From: Macrostomum lignano
Lineage: Eukaryota
Direction: 5' to 3'
DNA: 64,000 bases
NCBI GenBank assembly: GCA_002269645.1
Contig: NIVC01000032.1
Location: 1-64,000, forward strand
Part shown: piece by piece, positions 48,501 to 60,945 of the stretch
How the letters are laid out: each line of letters opens with the position of its first letter
How positions within the stretch are numbered: position 1 is the stretch's first letter
The notes under the pieces: generated by a model
Told to the model about the DNA's origin: nothing
Database searches by the model: none
What the model saw: only the letters and a program-made list of their open reading frames with translations
Position numbers and translations under genes: made by a program

Positions 48501-51500
48501 TATAGTGTGATTGATAGGTATATAGTGTTATTGATAGGTATATAGTGTGATTGATAGGTATATAGTGTGTTAGATAGGTATATAGTGTGATAGATAGGTA
48601 TATAGTGTGATAGATAGGTATATAGTGTGATTGATAGGTATATAGTGTGATTGATAGGTATATAGTGTGTTAGATAGGTATATAGTGTGTTAGATAGGTA
48701 TATAGTGTGTTAGATAGGTATATAGTGTGATTGATAGGTATATAGTGTGATTGATAGGGATATAGTGTGTTAGATAGGTATATAGTGTGATAGATAGGTA
48801 TATAGTGTGATAGATAGGTATATAGTGTGATTGATAGGTATATAGTGTGATTGATAGGTATATAGTGTGATTGATAGGTAGATAGTGTGTTAGATAGGTA
48901 TATAGTGTGATTGATAGGTAGATAGTGTGATTAATAGGTATATAGTGTGATTGATAGGTATATAGTGTGATTGATAGGTAGATAGTGTGATTGATAGGTA
49001 GATAGTGTGATTAATAGGTATACAGTGTGATTGATAGGTATATAGTGTGATTGATAGGTAGATAGTGTGATTGATAGTTAGATAGTGTGATTAATAGGTA
49101 TATAGTGTGATTGATAGGTATATAGTGCGATTGATAGGTATATAGTGTGATTGATAGGTACGAGTATATAGTGCGATTGATAGGTATATAGTGCGGTAGA
49201 TAGGCAGATATCTCAAAAGCCAGCTGTCTCTCCCACACCACCCCCTCGCAGGCGAGTGGCTAACGGCAGTCGTTGAACGCGTAGACGCCAGTCTTGTCCA
49301 AGTCCGCTTTCCCACTCGCAGCGGCCGCCTGGAGTGGCTCTACCGCGGCAGCACTCGGCTCGAGGATCTGTACAAAGCCATGGTTGCTAGGGAAAGAGCG
49401 GCCGAGTTAGCGGCAGCTGCGGCGGCAGAGTCAGCTAGTGAGCAAAATCAGAATCAGCAGCAGCAGCAGCCAACGCCGATTCGCCAAGCATTTGCTCGAA
49501 AGTCCAGCATGGGCGGAATTCGTCGACAACACAAGCATCAGCATCAGCAGCATCAGAAACAGTCGGCCACGTTGACAAATGCCGATCCTGACGCAGCCGC
49601 CGCGGCAGCGGCAGCAGCCGAAGAGGACGCCTGCTACGAGGAGGCCAGAGCCGGGGTTATGGTAGCCTCGATTGACTCTGAGTCGCTGGGTCAGTTGAGA
49701 CCGTTTCCGCATCAGCACGGAGTGGACTGCGGTGTAAACTGTCTGAACAGCGGCGGCGGTAGCGTCGGTGGCGACAGCTCCGAGCAGAATCGACTGGCTA
49801 GCACGGAGCTGGTCGATCGGAATCCTTTGGACGTGCCGCTGTTGCTGGGTTGGCATCGATTTGTTGTGAAACTTGGTGGGCCTGGACGAGTTCGTCGAAG
49901 GGAACTGGTAAGTGCAGTATATAGTATTGCAATACATTTGTACTTTTATTTTATTGTTCATGTTCTTTAAGAGCAAATGTAATTTTATAGTACATTTGTA
50001 CGTTTATTTTTTGTTTATGTTCTTTAAGAGCAAATGTAATTTTATAGTACATTTGTACGCTTATTTTATTGTTCATGTTCTTTAAGTGCAAATGTACTTT
50101 TATAGTACAGTTGTACTTTTATTTTATTACTCATGTTCTTGAAGTGCAAATTAACTTTTTTAGCACACGTACTTTTCATGCGGTAAAAAATAGGATCCTG
50201 TAAAGCAAATACACAGTTACGCTCGTCCATAGTGCGCTAGAATCCTAGTTTTCGATTCTCGATCATCAAATCCTGATTCCCAAATCCCATTTGTTAAATC
50301 AGAGTTTTCCAATCCTAATCCTCAAATTTCAATTTCTAGATCCCAGTCCTCAAATCTATATCTTTCTATATCTATCTATCTATATCTTACTTTCAGTTTC
50401 CCTGTTTGTGTACTTTTTTCGAAGTATTTTTACTATAATTTCATTATTGTTTTTTCTTCAAGTGCAAATGTACTTTTATAGCACAGCTGCACTTTTCTAT
50501 TGCACTTTTGATGCGGTATTAAATAGGATCTTTTAAAGTACAAGTGTACTCTTGTACTTAAAAAGTGCAATGGTGTACTTTTGATGCGGTAACAGATATG
50601 GTAATTCGGTGTGAATTTTTATTTTAAGTGCACGTGTACCTTATTCTGTACTTTTAAATGAAAACCACAGATCGAATACGCAGCCCCGTGCGGCAGGCGC
50701 ATTCGAAATCCGGTCGAACTGGACCGAATCCTGAGCCAGACCAGCTCACGATTGCATCCGCTGAATTTCTGCTTCGATCCGCTAATCCGGGTAGCAACGG
50801 AATTCCAAGCCACGGGCGCACGCCGTCAGCTGGCCGACCTGAGCTACGGCAAAGAGAGAATCCCCGTGCCTGCTGTCAACTGTTTAGACGCTGACGAGCC
50901 GCCGTTTATTGACTACACACCGCAGAGAATGCCACTGCTAAATGTGTGCACTAACGAGGCTGATAAAGGCTTCCTGGTGTGCTGCGACTGCACCGACGGC
51001 TGTCGGGACCGAACCAAGTGCGCCTGCTTGAGACTCACGGCTGAGGCGTCAGCTACGGTTACTGGTAAGGTCTATAGTATCGTCTTGAATATTCTCAAGT
51101 TCAACAGTTCTCCTCAATTTCCGATCCCCAAATTCCGGTTCCCAAGTCTAAACCCGGAAATCCCAATCTTCAAATCCCAATCTTGAATCCCAATCCCAGT
51201 CTGATTCAAGTCCCAATTTTCAAATCCCAATTCCCAAATCCCAATCTTCAAATCCCAGTCCCCAAATACCAATGGTCAAATTCCATTCCCAATCCCCAGA
51301 TCTCAATTCCCAAATCCCCAAGCTTCAAATCCCAAACTTCAAATCCCAATCCCCAAATCCCGATCTTCAAATCCCAGTCCCCAAATCCCAATCTTCAAAT
51401 CCCAATTCTCAAATCCCAATCGTCAAATCCCAATCTTCAAATTCCAAATCCCTAAAATGCCACGATCCCCAAATACCCAAATCCCTAAAACTCCAAGATC

Positions 51501-52990
51501 CCCAATTCCTCCCACAACCCCAGGCCGCACAGACAGCCGTCCAGCCTACGAGAACGGGCGCCTCGTCCGCGCCCTCATCGGCGGGGTGTACGAGTGCAAC
51601 TCAGGCTGCAGCTGCCGCCAGTGGCAGTGCCGCAACCGTCTGGTACAGCGCGGCCTTCACTCCCGGCTGCAGATCTTCAAAACCAGCCGGAAAGGCTGGG
51701 GCCTCAGACCTTTGCACGATTTGCCAAAAGGCGCTTTTGTCTGCGTGTACGCCGGGGAGCTGTACAGCGAAGAGCTGGCAGTGCAGTACTGCGACCAGTT
51801 CGGAGATGAGTACCAAGCTGACCTGGATCATCTGGAGGTCATGGAGCAGGAGAAATTCGGCTACGAGGCTCAAGCTATCGAGCCCCATCAACAGCAGCAG
51901 AAGCAGAAGAGTTGGCTAAGAAAATCGCAATCGCAATCTTCGCTAACTAACGACAATGGGGACAATGAAGACCCCGATGAGGAACCAACGGCAGAAGCAG
52001 GAGAGCCAGAAGAAGCGGAAACAACAGAAGAAGAAGAGATTGACAACGACGACGCAAACGATGAAGATTATTGCGGCGATTCTCGTAGGAAGCGCAGGTT
52101 ATTAAATAAAAAGTCGGCTAATACGACTGCTAGTGCTGCTACTAACAGTAGTACCGCTGGTGCATCCGCCAACCTGAAGCGAAGCCGATTGGATGATGAG
52201 GCAATCGGCGCTGCTGAGTCTGGCAGCAGCACAGTGCCAAAGGCTGGCAGCGGATGCTGTAGCCAACAGAATGCTCAGGATCATTGTTCAATGCATGATG
52301 ACGAAGATGCTGGGGCCATCGCTGCTACCGCCGCTGCGGCTGAGTCTCCATGGTGAGATTTGAGATATCACATTTCTCATCTCAGTTCTCAGTTCTCGTT
52401 TCCCATCTCACAGATCTCATCTTGTCTTATCTCGCAGTTCTCATCTCTAATCTCACAGATCTCATCTTCTCTTATCTCACAGTTCTAATTCCTTGTTCCC
52501 AGCATTCTCGTCTCCGTTCTCAAGTTTCTCATCTCTAGCCTTCACTGCTCTCATTATAATTTTACCTTTTTCTCGCTTCTTAACTTCTTAACCGCCCTGA
52601 ACTCCGCTCAGCAGCTCCCAGCCTCTCTCCTCCATCGCCAACGCCGATCAAATGGACGAAGCCGAAGACGACGACGTCCTTGAAGCTGGCGGGCCAGCCG
52701 CCTGCCTCAGGGCGTTGCTAGGCGAGGCGCAGCCCTACATCATGGACGCCAAGCGAATCGGGAATCTGGGCCGCTATCTCAACCACTCCTGCGCTCCGAA
52801 CGTCATCGTACAGAACGTATTCGTCAACACGCACGACCCCAGATTTCCCGAGATTGCTTTCTTCACCTGTAAGAGAGTGAGAGCTGGCGAAGAGCTGTGC
52901 TGGGATTATAATTATCAGGTTGGCAGCGTGCCAGGGAAAACTCTGCGCTGCTTCTGTCGGGCCAGGGACTGTCGGGGCAGATTGCTTTAG
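42543..52990 (+). CDS. SETDB1: SETDB1/eggless histone H3K9 methyltransferase (~1192 aa); exons 42543-42804, 43515-43755, 44673-44984, 47446-47951, 49252-49907, 50671-51064, 51524-52352, 52612-52990
   Basis: Tudor domains ([24 protein letters not shown]), MBD ([16 protein letters not shown]), pre-SET ([34 protein letters not shown]), split SET ([14 protein letters not shown] ... [25 protein letters not shown]) and post-SET. All introns are GT-AG and phase-consistent (3579 nt). The first three exons and the start codon are less certain. Confidence 0.93.
42925..43430. repeat. 20-bp minisatellite ggtgcttcatggggtcattc in SETDB1 intron 1
   Basis: Direct reading. Confidence 0.95.
43895..44455. repeat. 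23-bp minisatellite catttatgtacattagtaaggcc in SETDB1 intron 2
   Basis: Direct reading. Confidence 0.95.
45018..45632. repeat. 40-bp minisatellite with ACCGGAAGT core (15 copies), SETDB1 intron 3
   Basis: attaattagagaaccggaagttagagattagggatcagtt. Confidence 0.96.
46590..47312. repeat. 70-bp (35+35) dimeric repeat with ACCGGAAGT core, SETDB1 intron 3
   Basis: Alternating cacaattagagaaccggaagttggg.. and cagatttgagtaccggaagttggg.. halves. Confidence 0.96.
47975..49200. repeat. 20-bp minisatellite gataggtatatagtgtgatt filling SETDB1 intron 4
   Basis: About 60 copies in a 1300-bp intron. Confidence 0.97.
51120..51500. repeat. Degenerate caaatccc(aatctt) repeat in SETDB1 intron 6
   Basis: Direct reading. 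Confidence 0.88.
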
Positions 52991-53039
52991 GATAATAGCG
53001 TTTCTGCTTTTGCCTGGTTGACAACCTTGTATTTTTCAT

Positions 53040-53670
53040 GTGTCTGATTGACGGCTTGTAGCTTTGTACTTTTCATGTGTCTCTTTGATTGACAGCTTGT
53101 AGCTTTGTACTTTTTATGTGTCTCTTTGATTGACGGCTGGTAGCTTTGTACTTTTCATGTGTCTCTTTGATTGACAGCTTGTAGTTTTGTACTTTTCATG
53201 TGTCTCTTTGATTGACAACTTGTAGCTTTGTACTTTTCATGTGTCTCTTTGATTGACAGCTTGTAGTTTTGTACTTTTCATGTGTCTCTTTGATTGACAA
53301 CTTGTAGCTTTGTACTTTTCATGTGTCTCTTTGATTGACAACTTGTAGCTTTGTACTTTTCATGTGTCTCTTTGATTGACGGCTGGTAGCTTTGTACTTT
53401 TCATGTGTCTCTTTGATTGACAACTTGTAGCTTTGTACTTTTCATGTGTCTCTTTGATTGACAACTTGTAGCTTTGTACTTTTCATGTGTCTCTTTGACT
53501 GACAGCTTGTAGCTTTGTACTTTTAATGTGTCTCTTTGATTGACAGCTTGTAGCTTTGTACTTTTAATGTGTCTCTTTGATTGACAGCTTGTAGCTTTGT
53601 ACTTTTAATGTGTCTCTTTGATTGACGGCTTGCAGCTTTGTACTTTTCATGTGTCTCTTTGATTGACAGG
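53040..53670. repeat. 41-bp minisatellite in the probable SETDB1 3' UTR, ~15 copies
   Basis: gattgacagcttgtagctttgtacttttcatgtgtctcttt, lying between the stop (52990) and AATAAA (53972-53977). Confidence 0.95.
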
Positions 53671-54074
53671 TCAGTCAAGAACTGTCACCTTCAATTTGCA
53701 CCTGCATGTGCATCAGCTTTCATAACTTGCTATAATTGATAAGTCTCCTCTAATAATTCCATAATTACCTGTTTTATAAAATCTTTGTTAAGTTGCACTT
53801 TTTTGCCATGTATTGTTATAATTTTATGTTAATTACAATAATTGTGTAATACTGTATAATAGTTTTATGAAAATTTGATTCACAACCAAGCTTGACAACA
53901 TTTATAGTTAAGTCTATGAATATAGCATTTTTGTACTTTTATATGGTACTTCAAGAACCTTAGGACACATTAATAAAATATTATTAGGCGAATAATGTGC
54001 TGCAGTATTATTGACTAACCACTGTTTAAATCTTAAATATTATTTTACGATAGGTCACTAAAGGTTAGTTGGAA

Positions 54075-54975
54075 TCACTGAAAGCCGGTTAGGGTCGCTG
54101 AATTCCATTTGGGGTCACTGAAAGCCAGTTTCGGGTCACTGAAATCCTGTTGAGGGTCACTGAAAGCCAGCTGTGGGTCACTGAAAGCCAGTTGTGGGTC
54201 ACTGAAAGCGAGTTGGGGTCACTGAAAGCCATTTGTGGGTCACTGAAAGCCAGTTGTGGGTCACTGTAAGCCAGTTGTGGGTCACTGAAAGCCAGTTGTG
54301 GGTCACTGTAAGCCAGTTGTGGGTCACTGAAAGCCAGTTGTGGGTCACTGAAAGCGAGTTGGGGTCACTGAAAGCCATTTGTGGGTCACTGAAAGCCAGT
54401 TGTAGGTCACTGAAAGCCAGTTGTGGGTCACTGAAAGCGAGTTGGGGTCACTGAAAGCCAGTTAGGGTCACTGAAAGCCATTTGTGGGTCACGGAAAGCC
54501 TGCTGTTGGTTCACTGAAAGCCTGTTGTAGGTCACTGAAAGCCAGTTGTAGGTCACTGAAAGCCAGTTGTTGGGTCACTGAAAGCCAGTTGTGGGTCACT
54601 GAAAGCCAGTTGTGGGTCACTGAAAGCGAGTTGGGGTCACTGAAAGCCAGTTGTGGGTCACTGAAAGCGAGTTGGGGTCACTGAAAGCCAGTTGTGGGTC
54701 ACTGAAAGCCTGTTGTAGGTCACTGAAAGGCAGTTGTGGGTCACTGAAAGCCTGCTGTTGGGTCACTGAAAGCCTGTTGTTGGGTCACTGAAAGCCTGTT
54801 GTTGGGTCACTGAAAGCCTGTTGTTGGGTCACTGAAAGTCAGTTGTAGGTCACTGAAAGCGAGTTGTAGGTCACTGAAAGCGAGTTGGGGTCACTGAAAG
54901 CCAGTTGGGGTCACTGCAAGCGATTTGGGGTCACTGAAAGCCAGTTGTGAGTCACTGAAGCCAGTTGTGGGTCAC
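54075..54975. repeat. 21-bp minisatellite gggtcactgaaagccagttgt immediately upstream of RRM2
   Basis: About 42 copies ending ~75 nt before the ATG. Confidence 0.96.
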
Positions 54976-55051
54976 AGCAATCAGCCCAGCATCAAAGCAG
55001 CCGGGGCTCGCATCATTGCTGCTCCAAGCAGCTACTCGCCAGCCAGTCGCC

Positions 55052-56161
55052 ATGGACTCAGTCGCCACCGAGAACGTGCCGCCTTCGCCGCAGGCGCAGG
55101 ACGCCTCCCAGCAGCTGCTGAGCCCTCTAAAGCAGCTCAACGCCAAACAGCCGGAGCAGCAGCAGCAGCTGAAGGCAGCGGAGGCCTTGGAGCCGCTGCT
55201 GAAGGAGAACCCGCACCGCTTCGTGATCATGCCCATCCAGTACCACGACATCTGGCAGATGTACAAGAAGGCGGTCGCCAGCTTCTGGACAGTGGAGGAG
55301 GTGGACCTCAGCAAGGACCTGGAGGACTGGAAGCAGCTCACAGACAACGAGAGGCACTTTGTCTCGTACGTGCTGGCCTTCTTCGCTGCCTCTGACGGCA
55401 TCGTGAACGAGAACCTGGTTGAGCGGTTTGCCCAGGAGGTGCAGATCCCGGAGGCCAGGTGCTTCTACGGCTTCCAGATCATGATTGAGAACATCCACTC
55501 GGAGATGTACTCGCTGCTGATTGACAGCTACGTGCGGGACCCGGCCCAGCGCGACCTGCTGTTCAACGCCATCGAGACGCTGCCGCCGGTGCGCCAGAAG
55601 GCAGACTGGGCGCTCAACTGGATCTCCCACAAGCGGGCCACCTTCGGCGAGCGCGTGGTGGCCTTCGCAGCCGTTGAGGGCATCTTCTTCAGCGGCAGCT
55701 TCGCCGCCGTCTTCTGGCTGAAGAAGCGCGGCCTCATGCCAGGCCTGACCTTCAGCAACGAGCTCATCAGTCGTGACGAAGGCCTCCACACCGACTTTGC
55801 TTGCCTGATGTTCCGCCACCTTCAGCGGCCGCCAAGCAGTCAGCGCATCGAGGAGATCATCCGTGACGCGGTGCGCATCGAGCAGAGCTTCCTGACGGAG
55901 GCTTTGCCGGTGTCCCTCATCGGCATGAACTGCGCCTCCATGTGCCGCTACATCGAGTTCGTGGCTGACAGACTGCTCACCGAGCTGAACTGCCCCAAGG
56001 CCTTCAACTCTGAGAATCCCTTCGACTTCATGGAGAACATCAGCCTGGAGGGCAAGACCAACTTCTTTGAGAAGCGGGTGGGCGAGTACCAGAAGGCCGG
56101 AGTCATGAGCCGCGTTATGGGCCAGAATGACCGCGAGTTCAAGCTGGATGCCGACTTCTGA
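55052..56161 (+). CDS. RRM2: Ribonucleoside-diphosphate reductase small subunit (R2), 369 aa, intronless
   Basis: [24 protein letters not shown] (radical Tyr), [18 protein letters not shown] di-iron ligands, C-terminal FKLDADF. ATG in gccATGg context; the ORF-track start at 54965 lies in the repeat. Confidence 0.98.
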   Translation: MDSVATENVPPSPQAQDASQQLLSPLKQLNAKQPEQQQQLKAAEALEPLLKENPHRFVIMPIQYHDIWQMYKKAVASFWTVEEVDLSKDLEDWKQLTDNERHFVSYVLAFFAASDGIVNENLVERFAQEVQIPEARCFYGFQIMIENIHSEMYSLLIDSYVRDPAQRDLLFNAIETLPPVRQKADWALNWISHKRATFGERVVAFAAVEGIFFSGSFAAVFWLKKRGLMPGLTFSNELISRDEGLHTDFACLMFRHLQRPPSSQRIEEIIRDAVRIEQSFLTEALPVSLIGMNCASMCRYIEFVADRLLTELNCPKAFNSENPFDFMENISLEGKTNFFEKRVGEYQKAGVMSRVMGQNDREFKLDADF

Positions 56162-56274
56162 GGCCTAGGGCACTTCAAGGGACTCTGGGGGACTCTGGGC
56201 ATCCACAGACTCAAGTCTGCTGCTTTTAGGGCTCAGCTGACTGCTTCACTGACTCTCAGCCTGCTTCACTGACT

Positions 56275-58470
56275 CACTTCATATCTCACTCTCAATCTGT
56301 GACTCTCACTCCATATCTCACTCTCAATCTGTGACTCTCACTCCATTTCTCACTCTCAATCTGTGTGACTCTCACTCCATATCTTACTCTCAATCTCTGT
56401 GACTCTCACTCCATTTCTCACTCTCAATCTGTGTGACCGTCACTCCATAGTCCATATCTCACTCTCAATCTTTGAGACTCTCACTCCATACCTCACCCTC
56501 AATCTGTGTTACTCTCACTCCATATCTCAGTCCTAATCTGTGTGACTCTCACTCCATATCTCAGTCTCAATCTGTGTGACTCTCACTCCATATCTCACTC
56601 TCAATCTGTGTGACTCTCACTCCATATCTCACTCTCAATCTGTGTGACTCTCACTCCATATCTTAGTCTCAATCTGTGTGACTCTCACTCCATATCTCAC
56701 TCTCAATCTGTGTGACTCTCACTCCATATCTCACTCTCAATCTGTGTGACTCTCACTCCATATCTCTCTCTCAATCTGTGTGACTCTCACTCCATATCTC
56801 ACTCTCAATCTGTGTGACCCACTCCATATCTCACTCTCAATCTGTGTGACTCTCACTCCATATCTCACTCTCAATCTGTGTGGCTCTCACTCCATATCTC
56901 ACTCTCAATCTGTGTGACTCTCACTCCATATCTCACTCTCAATCTGTGTGACTCTCACTCCATATCTCACTCTCAATCTGTGTGATTCTCACTCCATATC
57001 TCACTCTCAATCTGTGTGACTCTCACTCCATATCTCACTCTCAATCTGTGTGACTCTCACTCCATATCTCACTCTCAATCTGTGTGATTCTCACTCCATT
57101 TCTCACTCTCAATCTGTGTGACCGTCACTCCATAGTCCATATCTCACTCTCAATCTTTGAGACTCTCACTCCATACCTCACCCTCAATCTGTGTTACTCT
57201 CACTCCATATCTCAGTCCTAATCTGTGTGACTCTCACTCCATATCTCAGTCTCAATCTGTGTGACTCTCACTCCATATCTCACTCTCTATCTGTGTGACT
57301 CTCACTCCATATCTCAGTCTCAATCTGTGTGACTCTCACTCCATATCTCACTCTTAATCTGTGTGACTCTCACTCCATATCTCACTCTCAATCTGTGTGA
57401 CTCTCACTCCATATCTCTCTCTCAATCTGTGTGACTCTCACTCCATATCTCAGTCCTAATCTGTGTGACTCTCACTCCATATCTCAGTCTCAATCTGTGT
57501 GACTCTCACTCCATATCTCACTCTCAATCTGTGTGACTCTCACTCCATATCTCAGTCTCAATCTGTGTGACTCTCACTCCATATCTCACTCTTAATCTGT
57601 GTGACTCTCACTCCATATCTCACTCTCAATCTGTGTGACTCTCACTCCATATCTCTCTCTCAATCTGTGTGACTCTCACTCCATATCTCAGTCCTAATCT
57701 GTGTGACTCTCACTCCATATCTCAGTCTCAATCTGTGTGACTCTCACTCCATATCTCACTCTCAATCTGTGTGACTCTCACTCCATATCTCACTCTCAAT
57801 CTGTGTGATTCTCACTCCATATCTCACTCTCAATCTGTGTGACTCTCACTCCATATCTCACTCTCAATCTGTGTGACTCTCACTCCATATCTCAGTCTCA
57901 ATCTGTGTGGCTCTTACTCCATATCTCACTCTCAATCTGTGTGGCTCTCACTCCATATCTCACTCTCAATCTGTGTGACTCTTACTCCATATCTCACTCT
58001 CAATCTGTGTGACTCTCACTCCATATCTCAGTCTCAATCTGTGTGGCTCTTACTCCATATCTCACTCTCAATCTGTGTGGCTCTCACTCCATATCTCACT
58101 CTCAATCTGTGTGACTCTTACTCCATATCTCACTCTCAATCTGTGTAACTCTCAATCCATATCTCACTCTCAATCTGTGTGACTCTCACTCCATATCTCA
58201 CTCTCAATCTGTGTGACTCTCACTCCATATCTCACTCTCAATCTGTGTGACTCTCACTCCATATCTCACTCTCAATCTGTGTCACTCTCACTCCATATCT
58301 CACTCTCAATCTGTGTCACTCTCACTCCATATCTCACTCTCAATCTGTGTGGCTCTCACTCCATATCTCACTCTCAATCTGTGTGGCTCTCACTCCATAT
58401 GTCACTTTGAATCTGTGACTCTCACTCCATATCTCACTCTCAATCTGTGTGACTCTCACTCTATATCTCA
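56275..58470. repeat. 34-bp minisatellite ctcactccatatctcactctcaatctgtgtgact, ~64 copies
   Basis: Period 34, with internal larger re-duplications. Confidence 0.97.
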
Positions 58471-58713
58471 GTCTGGATCTGTCTCAATCAAGTCACAGCT
58501 GTTTCATTTTATCTCTACTACTCAGGCCAGTTGAGTAGTGCAGTCCCGCATGCTCCTGTTTATCCAAGCAATAATTTATGCTAATTGCAATTATGATAAT
58601 CAACTGACTCTGCACTGCATTTCCAATCAGTTTTATTTTGCACTGTCAACTGTTTGATCCACTGAAGCCGCTCTGCAACTCCGGCTACCATATGGTGCTA
58701 AAATTACTGTTAT

Positions 58714-58727
58714 GTTGCTATGGTAAC
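58714..58727 (+). promoter_or_regulatory. Canonical RFX X-box GTTGCTATGGTAAC upstream of NHL copy 2
   Basis: Exact fit to the GTHNYY-AT-RRNAAC consensus; ccaatcag ~90 bp upstream; ~565 bp before the ATG. Function untested. Confidence 0.5.
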
Positions 58728-59292
58728 CGCATTTGTCTGCTTCTCTAATTTACTCTGCTATTTGTTTCTGCTTTAATGGCATTTTTATTTATGCAAAATA
58801 CTAAAGCATTTTTAAACCAAAAATTAAATTATTTTTGTACTTTTGTATTTTTTACTTTACGAATTAATTTAATAATCATAATAAACTCCTTAGTAATAAA
58901 TAAACATGAACTCAGCGCTCGTCTCGCTAATTTTCATCGCAATAATTTCCAGTTATTTATATTTTTACAAAACTTTTCTGACCTGCCTGTCTTCAGTTCC
59001 TTTTCTTTTATTGACTGGGACATTGCAAGGTCAAACCAGGTCTCCACTTTTAGGGGTCTCTGACTCGTGTAGGTTCGTGCAGGCCGCCTGTCAGTCACTG
59101 GCACTGCAGCACTGGGCTAGGCAGCTCTCTGGATGGAAATCCACAAGCAGTGAGTTTTGGCTTCGACTGAACTACCTCTGTTGTCGCTATCTTCCCCCCT
59201 CTCTTCCCCCTCTCTCCCCCCTCTTAATCTTTCTCTCACTGCGTTGAGTTTTAACTTCATCTGCTTTTCCGCTCCTCACAGAGAATCAAACA

Positions 59293-60945
59293 ATGAGCCG
59301 CAGAAGCTCCAGCGACAGCTCCAGTTCGGACGCGCCTCCCGCTACCCCAACTCCTCTCTGCATCATCTGCGACCAAGCTGCAGTCGGTGTGGCTCCGTTC
59401 TCCCGCTGCCACATGTGCAGTCAACACCTCAGTGTCGATGTGGCCAATCTATTCAAGCTCAAGGAGGAGGTCGAAGAGCTGCTGCGTGCCTACTCAAAAG
59501 ACTCACAAGAGTCACAAGAGTCACAAGGCGCAGCAGTTTCAGCTGGCCGTGCAGCGCTGATGCGACCAAGACAAGACGCTGAGTCGCTGCGTCGTCTCGC
59601 TCTCGACATCCAACAGCAGCTGCAAGAGGTCAATCACAAATTCGATTTGGTACAGCAACACATCGACTCGTTTCGTAGCAGGGTGACGGGCCAGCTCTCA
59701 GGTGTGCTTGAGGCAGTGCGTGTGTGCGAGCGGGACCTCGAGGACGTCTCCAGCTACAAGCAGGAGGTGGCCACGGCGGAGGCTGCAGGCGACATGGCGG
59801 AGCTGCTTCGCCTGGTGCAGTCCATGCACGAATCGCTTGGAGACTTGGAGGCCGACTTTGAGAGGTCAGAGCGGCTGCTCAGAGACCAGAGCGACAATGA
59901 GGAGCTGCAGCTGCGGCTTCTGGGCCAGCTCGAGCGGCTGGTCGGCATTTGTGCGGGACGCAGCGAAGAGGGCGACTGGTCGAGAGACGCTGCGGTGACC
60001 GCGACATCCGACGAGATAGAAGCTGCTGAGAGAGAGAGACTGCTGTTCGATCCGATGGTCTTCAGTCACGAGGTGAAGCTGGATTATGATGTTACATGGC
60101 TGGCTGTGTGCAGCGACACCAGGGGATTCGTTGGTGACCGCTCAGGCCGTGTGGTTCGCATCGACTCAGCGAGAGACGGCAGCGAGGCTCTGCCTCAGCC
60201 CTGCATCCTGACATCATACTTTTCCGACAGAGACCATCTACTGGTGCTTTCTGTGGACGGCTCACAGAAGCTGCGGTGCCACTGCGACATCGACTGGAAG
60301 AATGACATCCGTGGCCTTCACTGCGACCGTCAGCTGCTGTTCATTGCTCAGCGTGACGCAGTGACAGTGACGGACCTGAGCGGTCGCGTGGTGCGTCGAG
60401 TCCGCCCAGACATCAAGGGCTTCGGTGACATCTGGGGAATCGGCGGCAACGCAGCCTCCGTGTTTGTGTCCAGTGGAAACAAAATTGCTGCAGTCAGCAA
60501 AGCGACTTGGCAGATGGAGACGGTCATCACGCTGTCTCAGCTTCCTGATGCCTATCTGGGCAGCTTGGCGACTCACGACAACTGCATTCTGGTGAGAGAC
60601 TGGATGCACAATCAGGTGCACAGAGTGCGCATCGACACCCAGCAGCTGGTCGCCTCCTTCCCGACTCGGCGTTCCGGCCTCCAACAGTTTGCTTTTCCAT
60701 ATGATGTGGCCGTCGACAGCAGAGACCGCCTGTTCGTGAGTGAATTCGGTGGTGACTCAGTGCGAGCGGTGGCTGCAGACGACGGGTCGCCGCTGTGGAC
60801 TCTGGGGACTCCGGGCGAGAGCGGCAGCGGAGACGACAGATTCAGGGGTCCATGGGGTCTGGCGGTGGTGACGGGAGGTCCGCGCGAGCAGCTGGTGGTG
60901 GCTGACTTGTACAACAAGAGACTGCAGATGTTCAGTGCATCCTAA
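59293..60945 (+). CDS. TRIM-NHL-like protein, copy 2 (Zn-finger-like, coiled coil, NHL propeller), 550 aa, intronless CDS
   Basis: Paralogue of 18737-20407; clear NHL motifs FAFPYDVAVDSRDRLFVSE and FRGPWGLAV..VADLYNKRLQMF. Confidence 0.87.
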   Translation: MSRRSSSDSSSSDAPPATPTPLCIICDQAAVGVAPFSRCHMCSQHLSVDVANLFKLKEEVEELLRAYSKDSQESQESQGAAVSAGRAALMRPRQDAESLRRLALDIQQQLQEVNHKFDLVQQHIDSFRSRVTGQLSGVLEAVRVCERDLEDVSSYKQEVATAEAAGDMAELLRLVQSMHESLGDLEADFERSERLLRDQSDNEELQLRLLGQLERLVGICAGRSEEGDWSRDAAVTATSDEIEAAERERLLFDPMVFSHEVKLDYDVTWLAVCSDTRGFVGDRSGRVVRIDSARDGSEALPQPCILTSYFSDRDHLLVLSVDGSQKLRCHCDIDWKNDIRGLHCDRQLLFIAQRDAVTVTDLSGRVVRRVRPDIKGFGDIWGIGGNAASVFVSSGNKIAAVSKATWQMETVITLSQLPDAYLGSLATHDNCILVRDWMHNQVHRVRIDTQQLVASFPTRRSGLQQFAFPYDVAVDSRDRLFVSEFGGDSVRAVAADDGSPLWTLGTPGESGSGDDRFRGPWGLAVVTGGPREQLVVADLYNKRLQMFSAS

